A DNA stretch of 64,000 bases from assembly GCA_964480085.1 (NCBI GenBank), contig CAYZPI010000008.1, positions 585-64,584 on the forward strand. The letters run 5' to 3'. The stretch is from an uncultured Bacteroides sp. GTDB lineage: Bacteria > Bacteroidota > Bacteroidia > Bacteroidales > Muribaculaceae. A program made the position numbers and the translations under genes. Positions 45,903 through 57,407 of the stretch are shown piece after piece. The notes beneath the pieces are model-generated. The model was not told where the DNA came from. It did not search any database and saw only the letters and a program-made list of their open reading frames with translations. Positions within the stretch are counted from its first letter, which is position 1. Every line of letters begins with the position of its first letter.

Positions 45903-47282
45903 TCAGAATTCGGTGACCACGGGACGCCCGTCGAGCCATGCTATCATATTCAGGACAAGGAAATTCCAATTCTGGAAACCTTTGTTGAGCACGGGTTCGC
46001 CGTTGTCGGGAAGATAATACTCGTGCAGTGCGCCGAAACGCTCGAAATCCCTGCCAAGAAGAAGCACCGTCTTTTCCGCCAATTCACGCGCCTCTGCCTC
46101 ATAACCATAAAGCACCAGACCACGGAACACGAGATAGTTGACATTGATCCACACCGGACCGAGCCACGACGAAGGATTGCCGCTCGCCGAGACATTATAC
46201 ATCTTTTCGAGCGGAGAGAGTGTGCGTAAACCGGCCGGACAATACAACTCCTCAGTATTGTAATAATGGCGTGATACCATCTCCTCCACTTCCTCGCGAG
46301 TGGCGATGCCAGCCCAGACCGGCATCCATCCGCTCCATCCGCTTATGCGCTGGATCAAGCAATCATAATCCCTCGGCTGCCCGACGTGCAGGAACAGTTC
46401 TCCGGGCTTCACACTCTGTATATCCGGTTTCTCCACCGGCAGAAGATTGAGATCCACGCTGTAATAGAACCTGTCGCGCGGGTCCCAGCAATGCTCGCGG
46501 ATATCGAGCTGAAGCTGCAGGGCCTGCGCCTTGTGGCGGTCGGCAATCTCGTCCATATTGAGCTGTTGTGCAAGATATGCCATGGCAAGAAGCTCCTTGT
46601 ACATCAACGCATTCAGGAAAATAGAGCCCGAACTTGCATTGGGACGGTAGAAGGTGGCCGGATCATTGTCCACGCCTATTGCCTCATCAGTCTCCCAGTA
46701 GATGAGGCCTGTGGGACGGTTGCGGTGGAAATTCCAGTATTTGTTGACGAAAGCCTGCAGCTTGTGGAAATCCTCGCGGAGCCATTCGGCATCGCCTCCC
46801 ATATTCCGGGTGATGAAAGCGGCATGCTGTGCGAGGGTGGGCTTATGCATATTGTTCTTCCACGGATTTCGGTTCTCAAGCATCTTGGCACGCGAAGGTG
46901 CATCGCGTTCGATCCAGATCGGAATCCACCCATCCATCCCGCCATAGCGCAGCGAGTTGAGCACACATCCCTGCTCATATTTCAGGGCCTCCTCCTTATC
47001 CGCCTCCGAACCGCATTCCGACAGAATCTGCCTGAGGGCGATATTGCTCAGCCAGGAATCCCAGTCCCAGAGCATATCCAGATACTGGTTGCTGCCGGGT
47101 GCAAGAAAAGGATATTTTAGGGCGCCACCGGCCTCGCGGTACATCCCGCGCATCTCGCGGTGGATATTGTCACGGCAGATTTTCTTATATTTCTCCACAT
47201 TTTCAGGCGTCCTCTCCGGCAGCTGTGCGAATAATGCCGAGGCGATGGCCAGCACACAGCAAAGTATAAAATAGCGTTTCAT
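45903..47282 (-). CDS. (alpha/alpha)6 glycoside hydrolase, GH63/trehalase-like
   Basis: LWDWDSW, GVDNDP, SWLGPVWINVNY and HEYY motifs; signal peptide. Confidence 0.8.
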   Translation of the reverse strand: MKRYFILCCVLAIASALFAQLPERTPENVEKYKKICRDNIHREMRGMYREAGGALKYPFLAPGSNQYLDMLWDWDSWLSNIALRQILSECGSEADKEEALKYEQGCVLNSLRYGGMDGWIPIWIERDAPSRAKMLENRNPWKNNMHKPTLAQHAAFITRNMGGDAEWLREDFHKLQAFVNKYWNFHRNRPTGLIYWETDEAIGVDNDPATFYRPNASSGSIFLNALMYKELLAMAYLAQQLNMDEIADRHKAQALQLQLDIREHCWDPRDRFYYSVDLNLLPVEKPDIQSVKPGELFLHVGQPRDYDCLIQRISGWSGWMPVWAGIATREEVEEMVSRHYYNTEELYCPAGLRTLSPLEKMYNVSASGNPSSWLGPVWINVNYLVFRGLVLYGYEAEARELAEKTVLLLGRDFERFGALHEYYLPDNGEPVLNKGFQNWNFLVLNMIAWLDGRPVVTEF

Positions 47283-47419
47283 GATTGGAGTCTCAAAGCA
47301 AAAATTAGTTTCTATAGAATCAATGTGTGATTTCAGAATACAAAATTAGCATTTTTTTCAAAAAATACCTAACTTTGTGGAATATTCCTGCAAATATAGA
47401 ACAGAAGGCATAATCCGAC

Positions 47420-48325
47420 ATGAAACACAACATTCTAATCACCGGAGCAAACGGTCAGCTCGGCAATGAGATACGGCTCGTGGCAAAGGACAGCAACGAT
47501 AATTTCATTTTCACCGATGTGGTGGCTCCAGAAGGAGTGGAGACAGAAATACTCGACATCACTGACCTCGATGCCATACGCCGCATCGTAGCCGAACGCA
47601 ATGTTGACTGCATAGTGAACTGCGCGGCCTACACCAACGTGGACAAGGCCGAGAGCGACGAGGCCCTGTGCGAGAAGCTTAACGCCGATGCCCCACGTAA
47701 TCTGGCTATAGCGATGAAGGAGGCGGGCGGACTGCTCGTGCACGTATCCACTGACTATGTGTTCGGAGGCGACCCCTACAACTGCCCTTGCAAAGAAGAC
47801 CAGAAGGGTACCCCAACCGGTGTGTACGGGCGCACCAAGCTGCTCGGAGAGAAATACATCGAGGAGAGCGGATGCAAATACGTGATAATCCGCACGGCAT
47901 GGCTCTACAGCGAGTTCGGCAAGAATTTCGTAAAGACCATGCTCAGCCTCACAGCCACGAAACCACAGCTCAAGGTGGTGTTCGACCAGACCGGAACACC
48001 CACTTACGCCCTTGACCTCGCCGATGCCATAATGACCGTTGTCGACGCATGGGAAAAAGGCGTAGCGGTGGAAGGAGTGTACCATTTCAGCAACGAAGGA
48101 GTGTGCAGCTGGTTCGATTTCACAAAGATGATAGCTGAATATTCGGGACACTCCGACTGCGACATACAGCCCTGCCACAGCGACGAGTTCCCGAGCCCGG
48201 TGACACGACCTGCCTACAGCGTGCTCGACAAGACAAAGATCAAGGAGAAATTCGGCATCAGGATACCCTATTGGACCGACTCGCTGAAAGCATGCCTCAA
48301 AAATATGAACGAACTTAAAAACTAA
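47420..48325 (+). CDS. rfbD: dTDP-4-dehydrorhamnose reductase
   Basis: TGANGQLG, AAYTNVDKAE, STDYVF, YGRTK and RPAYSVL. Confidence 0.95.
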   Translation: MKHNILITGANGQLGNEIRLVAKDSNDNFIFTDVVAPEGVETEILDITDLDAIRRIVAERNVDCIVNCAAYTNVDKAESDEALCEKLNADAPRNLAIAMKEAGGLLVHVSTDYVFGGDPYNCPCKEDQKGTPTGVYGRTKLLGEKYIEESGCKYVIIRTAWLYSEFGKNFVKTMLSLTATKPQLKVVFDQTGTPTYALDLADAIMTVVDAWEKGVAVEGVYHFSNEGVCSWFDFTKMIAEYSGHSDCDIQPCHSDEFPSPVTRPAYSVLDKTKIKEKFGIRIPYWTDSLKACLKNMNELKN

Positions 48326-48331
48326 TCAGTG

Positions 48332-49447
48332 ATGAAACGCAACATTATTATCACCGGTGGCGCCGGTTTCATAGGAAGCCATGTGGTGCGACTTTTCGTG
48401 AACAAATATCCTGAATACAACATCATCAACATCGACAAGCTCACCTACGCCGGCAACCTCGCCAATCTTAAGGACATCGAAGACAAGCCCAACTATACAT
48501 TCATCAAGGCCGACATCTGCGACTACGACCTGATGCTGAAGATAATGCAGGAGCACAAAGTGGACGGCGTGATACACCTTGCAGCCGAAAGCCATGTGGA
48601 CCGTTCGATAAAGGACCCGTTCACCTTTGCCAAAACCAATGTGATGGGCACACTGAGCCTGCTTCAGGCAGCCAAAGTGTACTGGGAGAGCCTGCCGGAG
48701 AAATACGATGGCAAGCTGTTCTATCACATCTCCACCGACGAGGTGTACGGAGCACTGGAGCTCACCTGCCCCGAAGGACGCAAGGATGAGGTGTCGGCAC
48801 ATGAGGTGTACGGCGACGAATTTTTCGTGGAGACGACAAAATACACCCCCCACTCGCCCTACAGCGCGTCGAAGGCATCGAGCGACCATTTCGTGCGCGC
48901 CTACCACGACACCTACGGCATGCCGACGCTGGTGACCAACTGCTCGAACAACTACGGTCCCTACCAGTTCCCGGAGAAGCTGATACCTCTGTTCATCAAC
49001 AACATCCGTCACCGCAAGCCACTGCCCGTGTATGGCAAGGGGGAGAACGTGCGCGACTGGCTATATGTGGTGGACCACGCACGCGCAATCGATGTGATCT
49101 TCCACAACGGCAAGGTGGCGGAGACATACAATATCGGCGGATTCAACGAGTGGAAGAACATCGACATCATAAAGGTGATAATAAAGACCGTGGACCGTCT
49201 GCTCGGCAACCCTGAAGGGCACTCGCTCGACCTGATCACATACGTGACCGACCGCGCGGGCCACGACCTGCGCTACGCCATCGACAGCCGCAAGCTCAAG
49301 ACCGAGCTTGGATGGGAGCCTTCGCTGCAGTTCGAGGAGGGAATCGAGAAGACCGTGCGCTGGTACCTCGACAACCAGGAGTGGATGGACAACATCACCT
49401 CAGGCGAATATGAGAAATATTACGAATCGATGTACGCCAACCGCTAA
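48332..49447 (+). CDS. rfbB: dTDP-glucose 4,6-dehydratase
   Basis: TGGAGFIGS, AAESHVDRS, STDEVYG, YSASKA and NNYGPYQFPEK. Confidence 0.96.
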   Translation: MKRNIIITGGAGFIGSHVVRLFVNKYPEYNIINIDKLTYAGNLANLKDIEDKPNYTFIKADICDYDLMLKIMQEHKVDGVIHLAAESHVDRSIKDPFTFAKTNVMGTLSLLQAAKVYWESLPEKYDGKLFYHISTDEVYGALELTCPEGRKDEVSAHEVYGDEFFVETTKYTPHSPYSASKASSDHFVRAYHDTYGMPTLVTNCSNNYGPYQFPEKLIPLFINNIRHRKPLPVYGKGENVRDWLYVVDHARAIDVIFHNGKVAETYNIGGFNEWKNIDIIKVIIKTVDRLLGNPEGHSLDLITYVTDRAGHDLRYAIDSRKLKTELGWEPSLQFEEGIEKTVRWYLDNQEWMDNITSGEYEKYYESMYANR

Positions 49448-49450
49448 AGA

Positions 49451-50404
49451 ATGAGACATCTGACATTATTGCTGCTCACCATCCGGTCGGCACTCGGAGC
49501 GAACGCCGCCCAATACATGACCGAGATACATGTAGACCCTAAAGGAAAAGGAGACTTCACCACCATCACGGAAGCACTGGAGGCAATCCGGGCCTATATG
49601 GATTATGATGTGACGGTGTTCGTGGCCAACGGTGTGTACAATGAGAAGGTGGTGGTGCCGTCATGGATCAAGAACGTACGATTCATCGGCGAGGACCGCG
49701 ACAAGACCATCATCAGATGTAACGATTATGCCGGTCGCGGCAACATGGGCACTTTCCGCACCTACACCGTGAGGGTCGACGGCGACGACATAACGTTCGA
49801 GAACCTGACGATAGAGAATTTCGCGGGTCCGATAGGTCAGGCAGTGGCTCTCCACACCGAGGGCGACAGGCTGACTTTCATCAACTGCCGTTTCCTCGGC
49901 AATCAGGACACTGTGTTCACCGGAGGCGAACATACGCGCCTATTCTTCGACAAGTGCTACATCGAGGGCACAACCGACTTTATCTTCGGAGCCGCCACAG
50001 CCGTCTTCAAGGACTGCGAGATATTCTGCAAAAGCGACTCATACATCACCGCCGCATCTACCACAGCCGACGAGGATTATGGCTACATCTTCGACAACTG
50101 CAAGATAGGCGCAGCCGACTCGGTGAAGAACATGTACCTGGGCAGGCCATGGCGTCCGTACGGCTATACCGCCTTTATCGACTGCACCCTTGATGCGCCA
50201 ATCCGTCCCGAAGGCTGGCACAACTGGAATAATCCTGAGAATGAAAAGACAGCACGCTATGGCGAATACGGGTCGAAAGGAACCTACGGCGACATGGGCA
50301 AACGCGTGGGCTGGGCAAAACGCCTTTCCGAGAAAGAAGTGGCCGACTGCCGCGACCTGGGCAACGTATTCAAAGGCTGGAGCCCGAAGGGAAATGAAAA
50401 ATGA
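49451..50404 (+). CDS. Pectin methylesterase (CE8)
   Basis: GVYNE, QAVAL, QDT, DFIFG and LGRPW motifs. Confidence 0.92.
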   Translation: MRHLTLLLLTIRSALGANAAQYMTEIHVDPKGKGDFTTITEALEAIRAYMDYDVTVFVANGVYNEKVVVPSWIKNVRFIGEDRDKTIIRCNDYAGRGNMGTFRTYTVRVDGDDITFENLTIENFAGPIGQAVALHTEGDRLTFINCRFLGNQDTVFTGGEHTRLFFDKCYIEGTTDFIFGAATAVFKDCEIFCKSDSYITAASTTADEDYGYIFDNCKIGAADSVKNMYLGRPWRPYGYTAFIDCTLDAPIRPEGWHNWNNPENEKTARYGEYGSKGTYGDMGKRVGWAKRLSEKEVADCRDLGNVFKGWSPKGNEK

Positions 50405-50432
50405 ACAATGAAAATTGAAAAATGATATGAAA
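50392..50432 (+). repeat. AATGAAA heptamer array supplying the pectinesterase stop and trpS start
   Basis: AAATGAAAAATGAACAATGAAAATTGAAAAATGATATGAAA. Confidence 0.6.
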
Positions 50433-51491
50433 GAGATAGTAGTAAGCGGCATCCGGCCTACGGGCAACCTGCACTTAGGCAATTATTATGGAGCACTGCG
50501 CAATTTTGTGAAAATGCAGGAGGATTTCGACTGTATGTTCTTCCTGGCTGACCTTCACGCACTCACCACCCACCCTGACCCCAAAACCCTGCATGGCAGC
50601 GTGAGGGACATCCTCGCTGAATATATAGCCGCCGGACTCGATCCGGACAAGTGCACCCTATTCGTGCAGAGCGACGTGCCGGAAGTGTCAGAGCTTTACC
50701 TGCTGATGAACATGCACGTGGGCATAGGCGAACTGATGCGCACCGCCTCCTTCAAGGACAAGGCGCGTAAGGCTTTGGGTATCTCGAAGAGCAGTGATGA
50801 ATCGGATGAGGACATAGAACATCAGATAATCGGCACAGAGACCAACAAGCGCGTGAACGCCGGATTGCTAACCTACCCCACCCTCATGGCAGTGGATATC
50901 CTCATCCACAAGGCTACGAAAGTGCCTGTGGGCAAGGATCAGGAGCAGCACCTTGAGCTTACACGCAGATTCGCCAGAAGATTCAACTCGTTCTACGGCG
51001 TGGATTTCTTCCCCGAACCTGTAAATTTCACATTCGGCCATCAGTCGCTGAAAGTGCCCGGACTCGACGGATCGGGCAAGATGGGCAAGAGCGAAGGCAA
51101 CTGCATCTACCTGATCGATGACGACAAGACACTGCGGAAGAAAGTGATGCGCGCGGTGACAGACGAAGGTCCGAAAGAACCTAACCAGCCTGTGTCCCAG
51201 CCAATCCAGAACCTTTTCCTGCTGATGGAGCTTGCGTCCGACCCTGCCATACTACAGCAATTCAAGGACGCATACGCCGACTGCTCCATCCGCTACGGCG
51301 ACCTGAAGAAACAACTCGCGGAAGATCTGCTGAAGGTTACGGCTCCTATCCGCGAACGCATCAACGACATCAAGAATGATGATGCCTTCCTCGGCCGTGT
51401 GCTTCGTGAGGGCGCGGAGAAAGCCCGCGCAAGCGCATCAAAGACCCTTGCAGAAGCCCGCGAGATAATGGGCATACGCAAGTTCTACTAA
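50427..51491 (+). CDS. trpS: Tryptophanyl-tRNA synthetase
   Basis: SGIRPTGNLHLGNY, VPVGKDQ and KMGKS motifs. Confidence 0.96.
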   Translation: MKEIVVSGIRPTGNLHLGNYYGALRNFVKMQEDFDCMFFLADLHALTTHPDPKTLHGSVRDILAEYIAAGLDPDKCTLFVQSDVPEVSELYLLMNMHVGIGELMRTASFKDKARKALGISKSSDESDEDIEHQIIGTETNKRVNAGLLTYPTLMAVDILIHKATKVPVGKDQEQHLELTRRFARRFNSFYGVDFFPEPVNFTFGHQSLKVPGLDGSGKMGKSEGNCIYLIDDDKTLRKKVMRAVTDEGPKEPNQPVSQPIQNLFLLMELASDPAILQQFKDAYADCSIRYGDLKKQLAEDLLKVTAPIRERINDIKNDDAFLGRVLREGAEKARASASKTLAEAREIMGIRKFY

Positions 51492-51504
51492 TGAAAATGA
51501 AGAT

Positions 51505-51540
51505 AAGCGTCCCGCTGCTAACTCAGCGGGACGCTTGTTT
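51505..51540. terminator. Hairpin terminator between convergent trpS and GH115
   Basis: AAGCGTCCCGCTG-N6-CAGCGGGACGCTT. Confidence 0.8.
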
Positions 51541-54113
51541 CAACGGCGGAACGGAGATTCGGGCATGAACAGACGCGATTCCTTGTATCCGCCGAAATCT
51601 ACCACTACCTTCTCGATGACCATACCGGGATCGAGGGGGGAGATGGTGAGATTCAAAGGCGAGCCGGCGGATTGCGGAAGGGCAAGTGATGCAGTGCTGT
51701 CGATGACACGGGCGGCTGCCGTGGGATACATCACCTCATACACATTCTCCGGATCCTCGTTCATGCGGGAGTTGTAGTTGACCTCCACGGTTTCAGCACC
51801 GTCGAAACCAATGTTATATCGGTGGCCTTGCGCACGTTTGAACGGCTGCACCGCGCGGAGAATGACATGCACAGTGACCGAATCGGACCTCTCGTCAACA
51901 TTCATCCGATATGTGACTGATGCTCCGTCAGTAGAGGGAATACGCGGCATAAGAGTCACAGCACTGAAGGTGCGCCCCATATCCGGAATTACAGTCCATC
52001 TGGATTCGGCGGCATCCTTCGCCGAGAAGAAATGCTCAGCCTCCATGCTCACCACACCATCAGCGGCATCGAAAGTGTATCCACCACGCAGCGATGATTT
52101 GCCGGCGTCCATTCTCTTGACCTCAGGCATCTTATCAGCAGGGAAATTATCGTTCCACGACGTGTATCCTATATGCTTCTGGTCCATCATGTGGCGCCAC
52201 TTGCCCGATGACATCACATTATTGTAGTCGTAGGACAACTCGGCATCGCGCCTGAAAGCCTGCTCCACACGGTCGGCCCACTGATTGCAGGCAGGATCGC
52301 CGGCTTCGAAGCATTTTAGGTTCATCGCCTGAGAATAATACATATCGTAGAGGTTAGCCATAGCCTGAACCGGGTAAAGGATCAACTGTCTGTAGGCATC
52401 CTTGTACCGGTCCGGCAACGAGAGATACTGTCGCAGGGCTTCTGTCTCAAGGGTGAGATATTCATCGCGTACCTGCCTCCACTCGCCGGTAGCGAGATTG
52501 TAGGTGGAGGCATCAAGCATCTCGGGAGTGACCCTGCCATTGTACTTGCTGTAGAGATTCAGGATACGGGCAGCCTCCTTAGCCTGACCGGCACCGAACT
52601 GCCGGGAGCAGAATGCCTCGATATGTTCCTGAAGATTGGAGGCATCGTATTTCGCAGGATTCCAGGCCATGTCCATGAAAAGGGAGATGGGATATTCCAT
52701 AGGCTTGAGGTCGCCCACGTTGAGAATCCAGAGTTTGTCGATACCATATTCGTAGGTAAGGTTCAGCTGTTCCCACATATTCTGCACGGGAGTGACATTG
52801 AGCCATTTTGAATTGCGGGGAGCCCCCACATAGTCCACATGATAGTACATTCCCCAGCCTCCCTTGCGCTGGCGTTCTTTTTCTGTGGGCACCTTGCGGA
52901 TATTGCCCCAGTTGTCATCGGCAAGAAGGATAATCACGTCATCAGGTACCCGCAGCCCCATATCGTAATATTTCTGCACCTCCTTATAGAGAGCCCATAG
53001 CTGCGGATGATTTTCAGGTGCCTGTCCCGTCTCCCTGCGTATTATCTTGCGCTGGTTGTCGATCACAGATGACAGGATCTTCAGATTCTCCAGATCGCGC
53101 GCACTGTACTCATGGTCCTTTCCTTCCTCGCCACCCATCGGCGCATCGCCGTCGCCACGCATACCAATGGTGATGATATCCTCCTTATCGGCGATACGGC
53201 GTACACCCTCACTAAAAAACTTGTCAATCACAGCCTTGTTCTTCGCATAATCCCACACTCCATAATCACTGCGATGACGCGCCCATTCCTGATGATTGCG
53301 TGCCATAGGTTCGTGATGGGATGTGCCCATTATCACACCCATCTCATCGGCGAGATCGCTGTTGCGCGGATCATCGGCATAGAACGACCATCCCCACATT
53401 GCGGGCCACAGGTAATTGCCTCGCAGACGCAGCAGAAGCTCGAACACCTTCTCATAGAACTCCACTCCCCCGTATTCCGTACCGAAATAATCCTTCACCC
53501 AGCCGGTGAGACATGGGGCTTCATCGTTGAGAAACAGACCGCGGTAGCGCACAGCAGGTTCGCCGGCTGTGTACTGACCTTTCTTGATCGACAGGTCGGA
53601 GGCTTGCACCACCGGCACGTCGGCCCACCAATACCAAGGCGATACTCCTATCTGCTCCGACAGCTCATATATACCGTAGATAGTGCCCCTGCGGTCGCTG
53701 CCGGCGATGACAAGAGCCTCGTCGATCCCGGAAACAGGATTCTCCACTGTGGACATCAGGTATTTCTCCGTGGCACCTTCCAGCTGCCTCTTATCAATCG
53801 CGCCGGAATCACACAATTTCTTTATGAGCGGATTCTTAAGACTGCCTACGATAATGACACGTTTGCCCTTTGGGGATGCAATCGATGCAGGGCGCTTACC
53901 GGATACCCGCTGGAAATCCTGCATGAGATTTTCTACTGCACGGCTGATGCCTTTGTCATCGTCAGGATCAAAAAAGATTGCGGCAGGCACACCATCCTCT
54001 ATAAGGGTGAAATTATCTGCCTCAATTATCGGAACGGTAATGCCGGGATTGTCGATAGCCCTCATTGCCGTACCCGACAGAAGAAGCATGGCAGCAAGTA
54101 ATAATTTTTTCAT
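51540..54113 (-). CDS. GH115 alpha-glucuronidase-family glycoside hydrolase
   Basis: GSDRRGTIYG, GVSPWYWW, YRGLFLNDE, NYLWPAMW, GTSHHEPM and NVGDLKP. Confidence 0.93.
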   Translation of the reverse strand: MKKLLLAAMLLLSGTAMRAIDNPGITVPIIEADNFTLIEDGVPAAIFFDPDDDKGISRAVENLMQDFQRVSGKRPASIASPKGKRVIIVGSLKNPLIKKLCDSGAIDKRQLEGATEKYLMSTVENPVSGIDEALVIAGSDRRGTIYGIYELSEQIGVSPWYWWADVPVVQASDLSIKKGQYTAGEPAVRYRGLFLNDEAPCLTGWVKDYFGTEYGGVEFYEKVFELLLRLRGNYLWPAMWGWSFYADDPRNSDLADEMGVIMGTSHHEPMARNHQEWARHRSDYGVWDYAKNKAVIDKFFSEGVRRIADKEDIITIGMRGDGDAPMGGEEGKDHEYSARDLENLKILSSVIDNQRKIIRRETGQAPENHPQLWALYKEVQKYYDMGLRVPDDVIILLADDNWGNIRKVPTEKERQRKGGWGMYYHVDYVGAPRNSKWLNVTPVQNMWEQLNLTYEYGIDKLWILNVGDLKPMEYPISLFMDMAWNPAKYDASNLQEHIEAFCSRQFGAGQAKEAARILNLYSKYNGRVTPEMLDASTYNLATGEWRQVRDEYLTLETEALRQYLSLPDRYKDAYRQLILYPVQAMANLYDMYYSQAMNLKCFEAGDPACNQWADRVEQAFRRDAELSYDYNNVMSSGKWRHMMDQKHIGYTSWNDNFPADKMPEVKRMDAGKSSLRGGYTFDAADGVVSMEAEHFFSAKDAAESRWTVIPDMGRTFSAVTLMPRIPSTDGASVTYRMNVDERSDSVTVHVILRAVQPFKRAQGHRYNIGFDGAETVEVNYNSRMNEDPENVYEVMYPTAAARVIDSTASLALPQSAGSPLNLTISPLDPGMVIEKVVVDFGGYKESRLFMPESPFRR

Positions 54114-54185
54114 TTTTCCTGGATTAGAGTATTTTTCCTCGCTTGAGCTCGGAACATGGACAAATAAATACCTGTGGATTGATAA

Positions 54186-55580
54186 TCACATATTTTTTAT
54201 GAGGTAAAGTCTTTCACTGGCACGGGTCACGGCGGTGTACAGCCAGCGGTAGAAATCGAGGCCCATGGCGTCGGGGGGGATGTAGGACACATCTACAAAG
54301 ACATTCTTCCACTGTCCGCCCTGAGCCTTATGGCAAGTGACGGCATAGGCATATTTCACCTGAAGAGCATTCCAGTAGGGATTTTTTCTCAACGCCTTCA
54401 GACGCGCATCGGCAGGAGTGTACGGGCCGAACAGCTCAGGATCCTCCATTATTGAATAATAGAGCTGGTTGTATCGTTCCTGCGACATGCCGGCAGCTTC
54501 GGAGTTGAGGGTCTCAAGCATCAGTTTCGCGGGGAAGGTGATGTCGGTCTCAGGAATGCACAACATCACATCGGCAAATCTGAAGCCATATTTATCCTCG
54601 TATCCCGTCACATCCTGCACTTCGACGATATCGCCGTTGGCTATGAAATTGATTTCCTTTATTTTCTCGGACCAAAAATAATTATTCTTCGCCACAATCA
54701 GCATCTCGCCCCGGGCAAGCTCTTCCTCGAAATACAGCACCGAAGCACGGATCTCGCGGTTGAATCCAAGAGCCCGCTGATTGGAGCGTGTGACCACGAT
54801 ACATTCCTGCACACCATCGGCATTGTAGGCGGTGTAGAGATCCTCAGGCATATCCTCAGGAGCCACCTCCTTGACATCAGGGAAATCGGTAAAAAACTCC
54901 GGGGTTGGCAACGGATTCACCTTCATTGCCTTGCGAAGCCATGTGGCATTATACAGGATTCCCGATCCGGCTCCCTGACGCGCAATCTCAGTGAGAGTGA
55001 CGCGCGATACACGCAGCCCGTAGCTCCTGAGCACATCAGGCGACATGGCAGGAGAAAAATCACTGCCTACGGGGGGCAACTGAGCGGTGTCGCCGAGCAA
55101 TATCATGCGGCAGTTGTCACCCGTATATACATAGTGGATCAGATCCTCAAGAAGATTGGAGCCCGAAGAATCCGCGCCCGTTATCATCGATGCCTCGTCG
55201 ACGATGAACACCGTGTTGCGATGGCGGTTCTCCACTGTGTCGCGTCTGGAGAAATTGAGCGCGCCCGCCTGCGGATGGCGATATATGGTACGGTGGATGG
55301 TATAGGCCGGATGACGGGCGAAAGCCCCGAACACTTTGGCAGCCCTACCGGTGGGAGCAAGAAGCACCGACCGGATACCCACGGCGGCCAATGATTTCAC
55401 CAGCGCGCCGCACAGTGAGGTCTTTCCGGTGCCGGCATAGCCATTGAGCATGAAAACAGCGTCCGACGGTGCTGTCGGGGAACAAAAACGCGACAAAACC
55501 CCAATGACCTGCGACTGCTGGCCATTGGGGGTATACGGAAGATTGCTTGAGATCAGTGATGCGAATTCGAGAGGGTCCAT
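54186..55580 (-). CDS. RecD-like SF1 ATP-dependent helicase
   Basis: [30 protein letters not shown] and [10 protein letters not shown]. Confidence 0.9.
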   Translation of the reverse strand: MDPLEFASLISSNLPYTPNGQQSQVIGVLSRFCSPTAPSDAVFMLNGYAGTGKTSLCGALVKSLAAVGIRSVLLAPTGRAAKVFGAFARHPAYTIHRTIYRHPQAGALNFSRRDTVENRHRNTVFIVDEASMITGADSSGSNLLEDLIHYVYTGDNCRMILLGDTAQLPPVGSDFSPAMSPDVLRSYGLRVSRVTLTEIARQGAGSGILYNATWLRKAMKVNPLPTPEFFTDFPDVKEVAPEDMPEDLYTAYNADGVQECIVVTRSNQRALGFNREIRASVLYFEEELARGEMLIVAKNNYFWSEKIKEINFIANGDIVEVQDVTGYEDKYGFRFADVMLCIPETDITFPAKLMLETLNSEAAGMSQERYNQLYYSIMEDPELFGPYTPADARLKALRKNPYWNALQVKYAYAVTCHKAQGGQWKNVFVDVSYIPPDAMGLDFYRWLYTAVTRASERLYLIKNM

Positions 55581-57049
55581 TCCACACCGTCTTTAGTGTC
55601 CTTGATTACGAAACCGATTTCAGCGAGACGGTTGCGGATACGGTCGGATGTAGTCCAGTCCTTGTTAGCCTTGGCATTGCCCCGGATTTCGAGAAGCAGA
55701 TCGACAGCCTCCTCGAAGGGCCGCAAAGCCGAAGAACCGGCCCCACCCCCCAACTCGGGGCGCACACCCATGATTTCCACAAGGAATGTGTCCATCACGC
55801 GCTTGAGCGTGGCGATATCTTCGGCTGTGAGTGTGGCCTTGCCGTCGTTGACTGAATTGATGATACGGCAGGCATCGAACAAATGGGATATCACAACCGG
55901 AGTGTTGAAGTCATCATCCATCGCCTCGTAGCATTTGGTCTCTATCTGGGAAACATCTACAGAAGACACCTCCGACGGCTTGAGATCCTGCAGGCGGCGA
56001 TAACCGTCGAGCATGCGTCCGAGCGCCTTTTCAGCCGACTGCAGAGCCTCGTTGGAGAAATCGACAGTGCCGCCGTAATGGGCCTGCAATATGAAGAACC
56101 TGATGGTCATCGGCGAATATGCCTGCGTGAGCAACGGATGATCGCCGGTGAAGAACTGGTCGAGGGTAATGAAATTGCCCAACGACTTACCCATCTTCTT
56201 ACCATTGATGGTGATCATATTGTTGTGCATCCAGTAGTGCACCGAAGGGTGACCCTGATGTGCCACCGACTGGGCGATCTCACATTCATGGTGAGGGAAC
56301 TTCAGGTCCATGCCTCCGCCGTGAATGTCGAACTCCGCGCCGAGGTATTTCTCCCCCATGGTGGAGCATTCAAGATGCCAGCCGGGGAAACCTTCACTCC
56401 AGGGCGAAGGCCAGTGCATGATATGCTCGGGTGCAGCCTTCTTCCAGAGGGCGAAATCGGCAGGGTTGCGTTTCTCCGTCTGTCCGTCGAGCTCACGGGT
56501 GGTGGCGAGAAGTTCGTCAATGTTTCGTCCGGATAACTTTCCGTAGCCGAAATCCCTATTGTATTTCGGTACATCGAAATACACCGAACCCTCGCTCTCG
56601 TAGGCATAGCCGCTGTCGAGAATTGACTTTATATATTCAATCTGCTCGATTATGTGGCCCGACGCATGAGGCTCGATCGAAGGAGGTAGCACATTGAGTC
56701 GGTCCATGGCGGCATGGTAGCGGTTGAGATAATACTGCACCACCTCCATAGGCTCAAGCTGCTCGATCCGGGCCTTCTTGGCCACCTTGTCCTCGCCCTC
56801 GTCAGCATCATGCTCCAGATGCCCTACATCGGTGATATTGCGCACATAGCGCACCTTATATCCCAAGTGACGAAGATAGCGGAACACAATATCGAATGTG
56901 ATGGCCGGACGGGCGTGGCCGAGATGACCGTCGCCGTAGACAGTAGGACCGCAGACATACATACCCACCATGTCGGGATGAATGGGCACAAAGCGCTCCT
57001 TCATCCTCGACATGCTGTTGTATATAGTCAGATTGTTGTCTTTTACCAC
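55553..57049 (-). CDS. cysS: Cysteinyl-tRNA synthetase
   Basis: [20 protein letters not shown] and KMGKSLGN; probable GTG start at 57049, just after the DUF3467 stop. Confidence 0.96.
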   Translation of the reverse strand: MVKDNNLTIYNSMSRMKERFVPIHPDMVGMYVCGPTVYGDGHLGHARPAITFDIVFRYLRHLGYKVRYVRNITDVGHLEHDADEGEDKVAKKARIEQLEPMEVVQYYLNRYHAAMDRLNVLPPSIEPHASGHIIEQIEYIKSILDSGYAYESEGSVYFDVPKYNRDFGYGKLSGRNIDELLATTRELDGQTEKRNPADFALWKKAAPEHIMHWPSPWSEGFPGWHLECSTMGEKYLGAEFDIHGGGMDLKFPHHECEIAQSVAHQGHPSVHYWMHNNMITINGKKMGKSLGNFITLDQFFTGDHPLLTQAYSPMTIRFFILQAHYGGTVDFSNEALQSAEKALGRMLDGYRRLQDLKPSEVSSVDVSQIETKCYEAMDDDFNTPVVISHLFDACRIINSVNDGKATLTAEDIATLKRVMDTFLVEIMGVRPELGGGAGSSALRPFEEAVDLLLEIRGNAKANKDWTTSDRIRNRLAEIGFVIKDTKDGVEWTLSNSHH

Positions 57050-57050
57050 C

Positions 57051-57359
57051 TTAAGCGGAGTAATTGTTGTTATTGTTGCCGTGGTTGATGGGAGTCTTGC
57101 GCTCGATTTCGCCGAAAGTATTCTCATACTTTGCAAGGCTGTCGCGGAGAGCGAAGAGCAGATTCTTGGCATTCTCGGGAGTCATGATCACGCGGCTCTG
57201 CACATTTGCCTTGGGCATTCCGGGAGCGACTGCGATGAAATCGAGATAGAATTCATTGGGGGAGTACACGATCATGGCGAGGTTGGAATAGTTGCCGTGA
57301 GCCACCTCAGGAGTGATCTCGATCTTTATCTCATTGGGTTTCTGTGGTTGTTCTGCCAT
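57051..57359 (-). CDS. DUF3467 family protein
   Basis: [44 protein letters not shown]. Confidence 0.85.
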   Translation of the reverse strand: MAEQPQKPNEIKIEITPEVAHGNYSNLAMIVYSPNEFYLDFIAVAPGMPKANVQSRVIMTPENAKNLLFALRDSLAKYENTFGEIERKTPINHGNNNNNYSA

Positions 57360-57407
57360 TTTTTCTTAAATTAAAGTTAGAATAAATATTTATTGTTTTC
57401 TCTTGAT

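Noticed and set aside
54186-55580. RecD-like helicase as an anti-phage defence system
   Set aside because: It overlaps cysS in a housekeeping run, with no nuclease partner or island signature.
57050-57172. Extended cysS N-terminus
   Set aside because: It overlaps the DUF3467 gene; CysRS homology begins at about LTIYNS, which fits GTG 57049.
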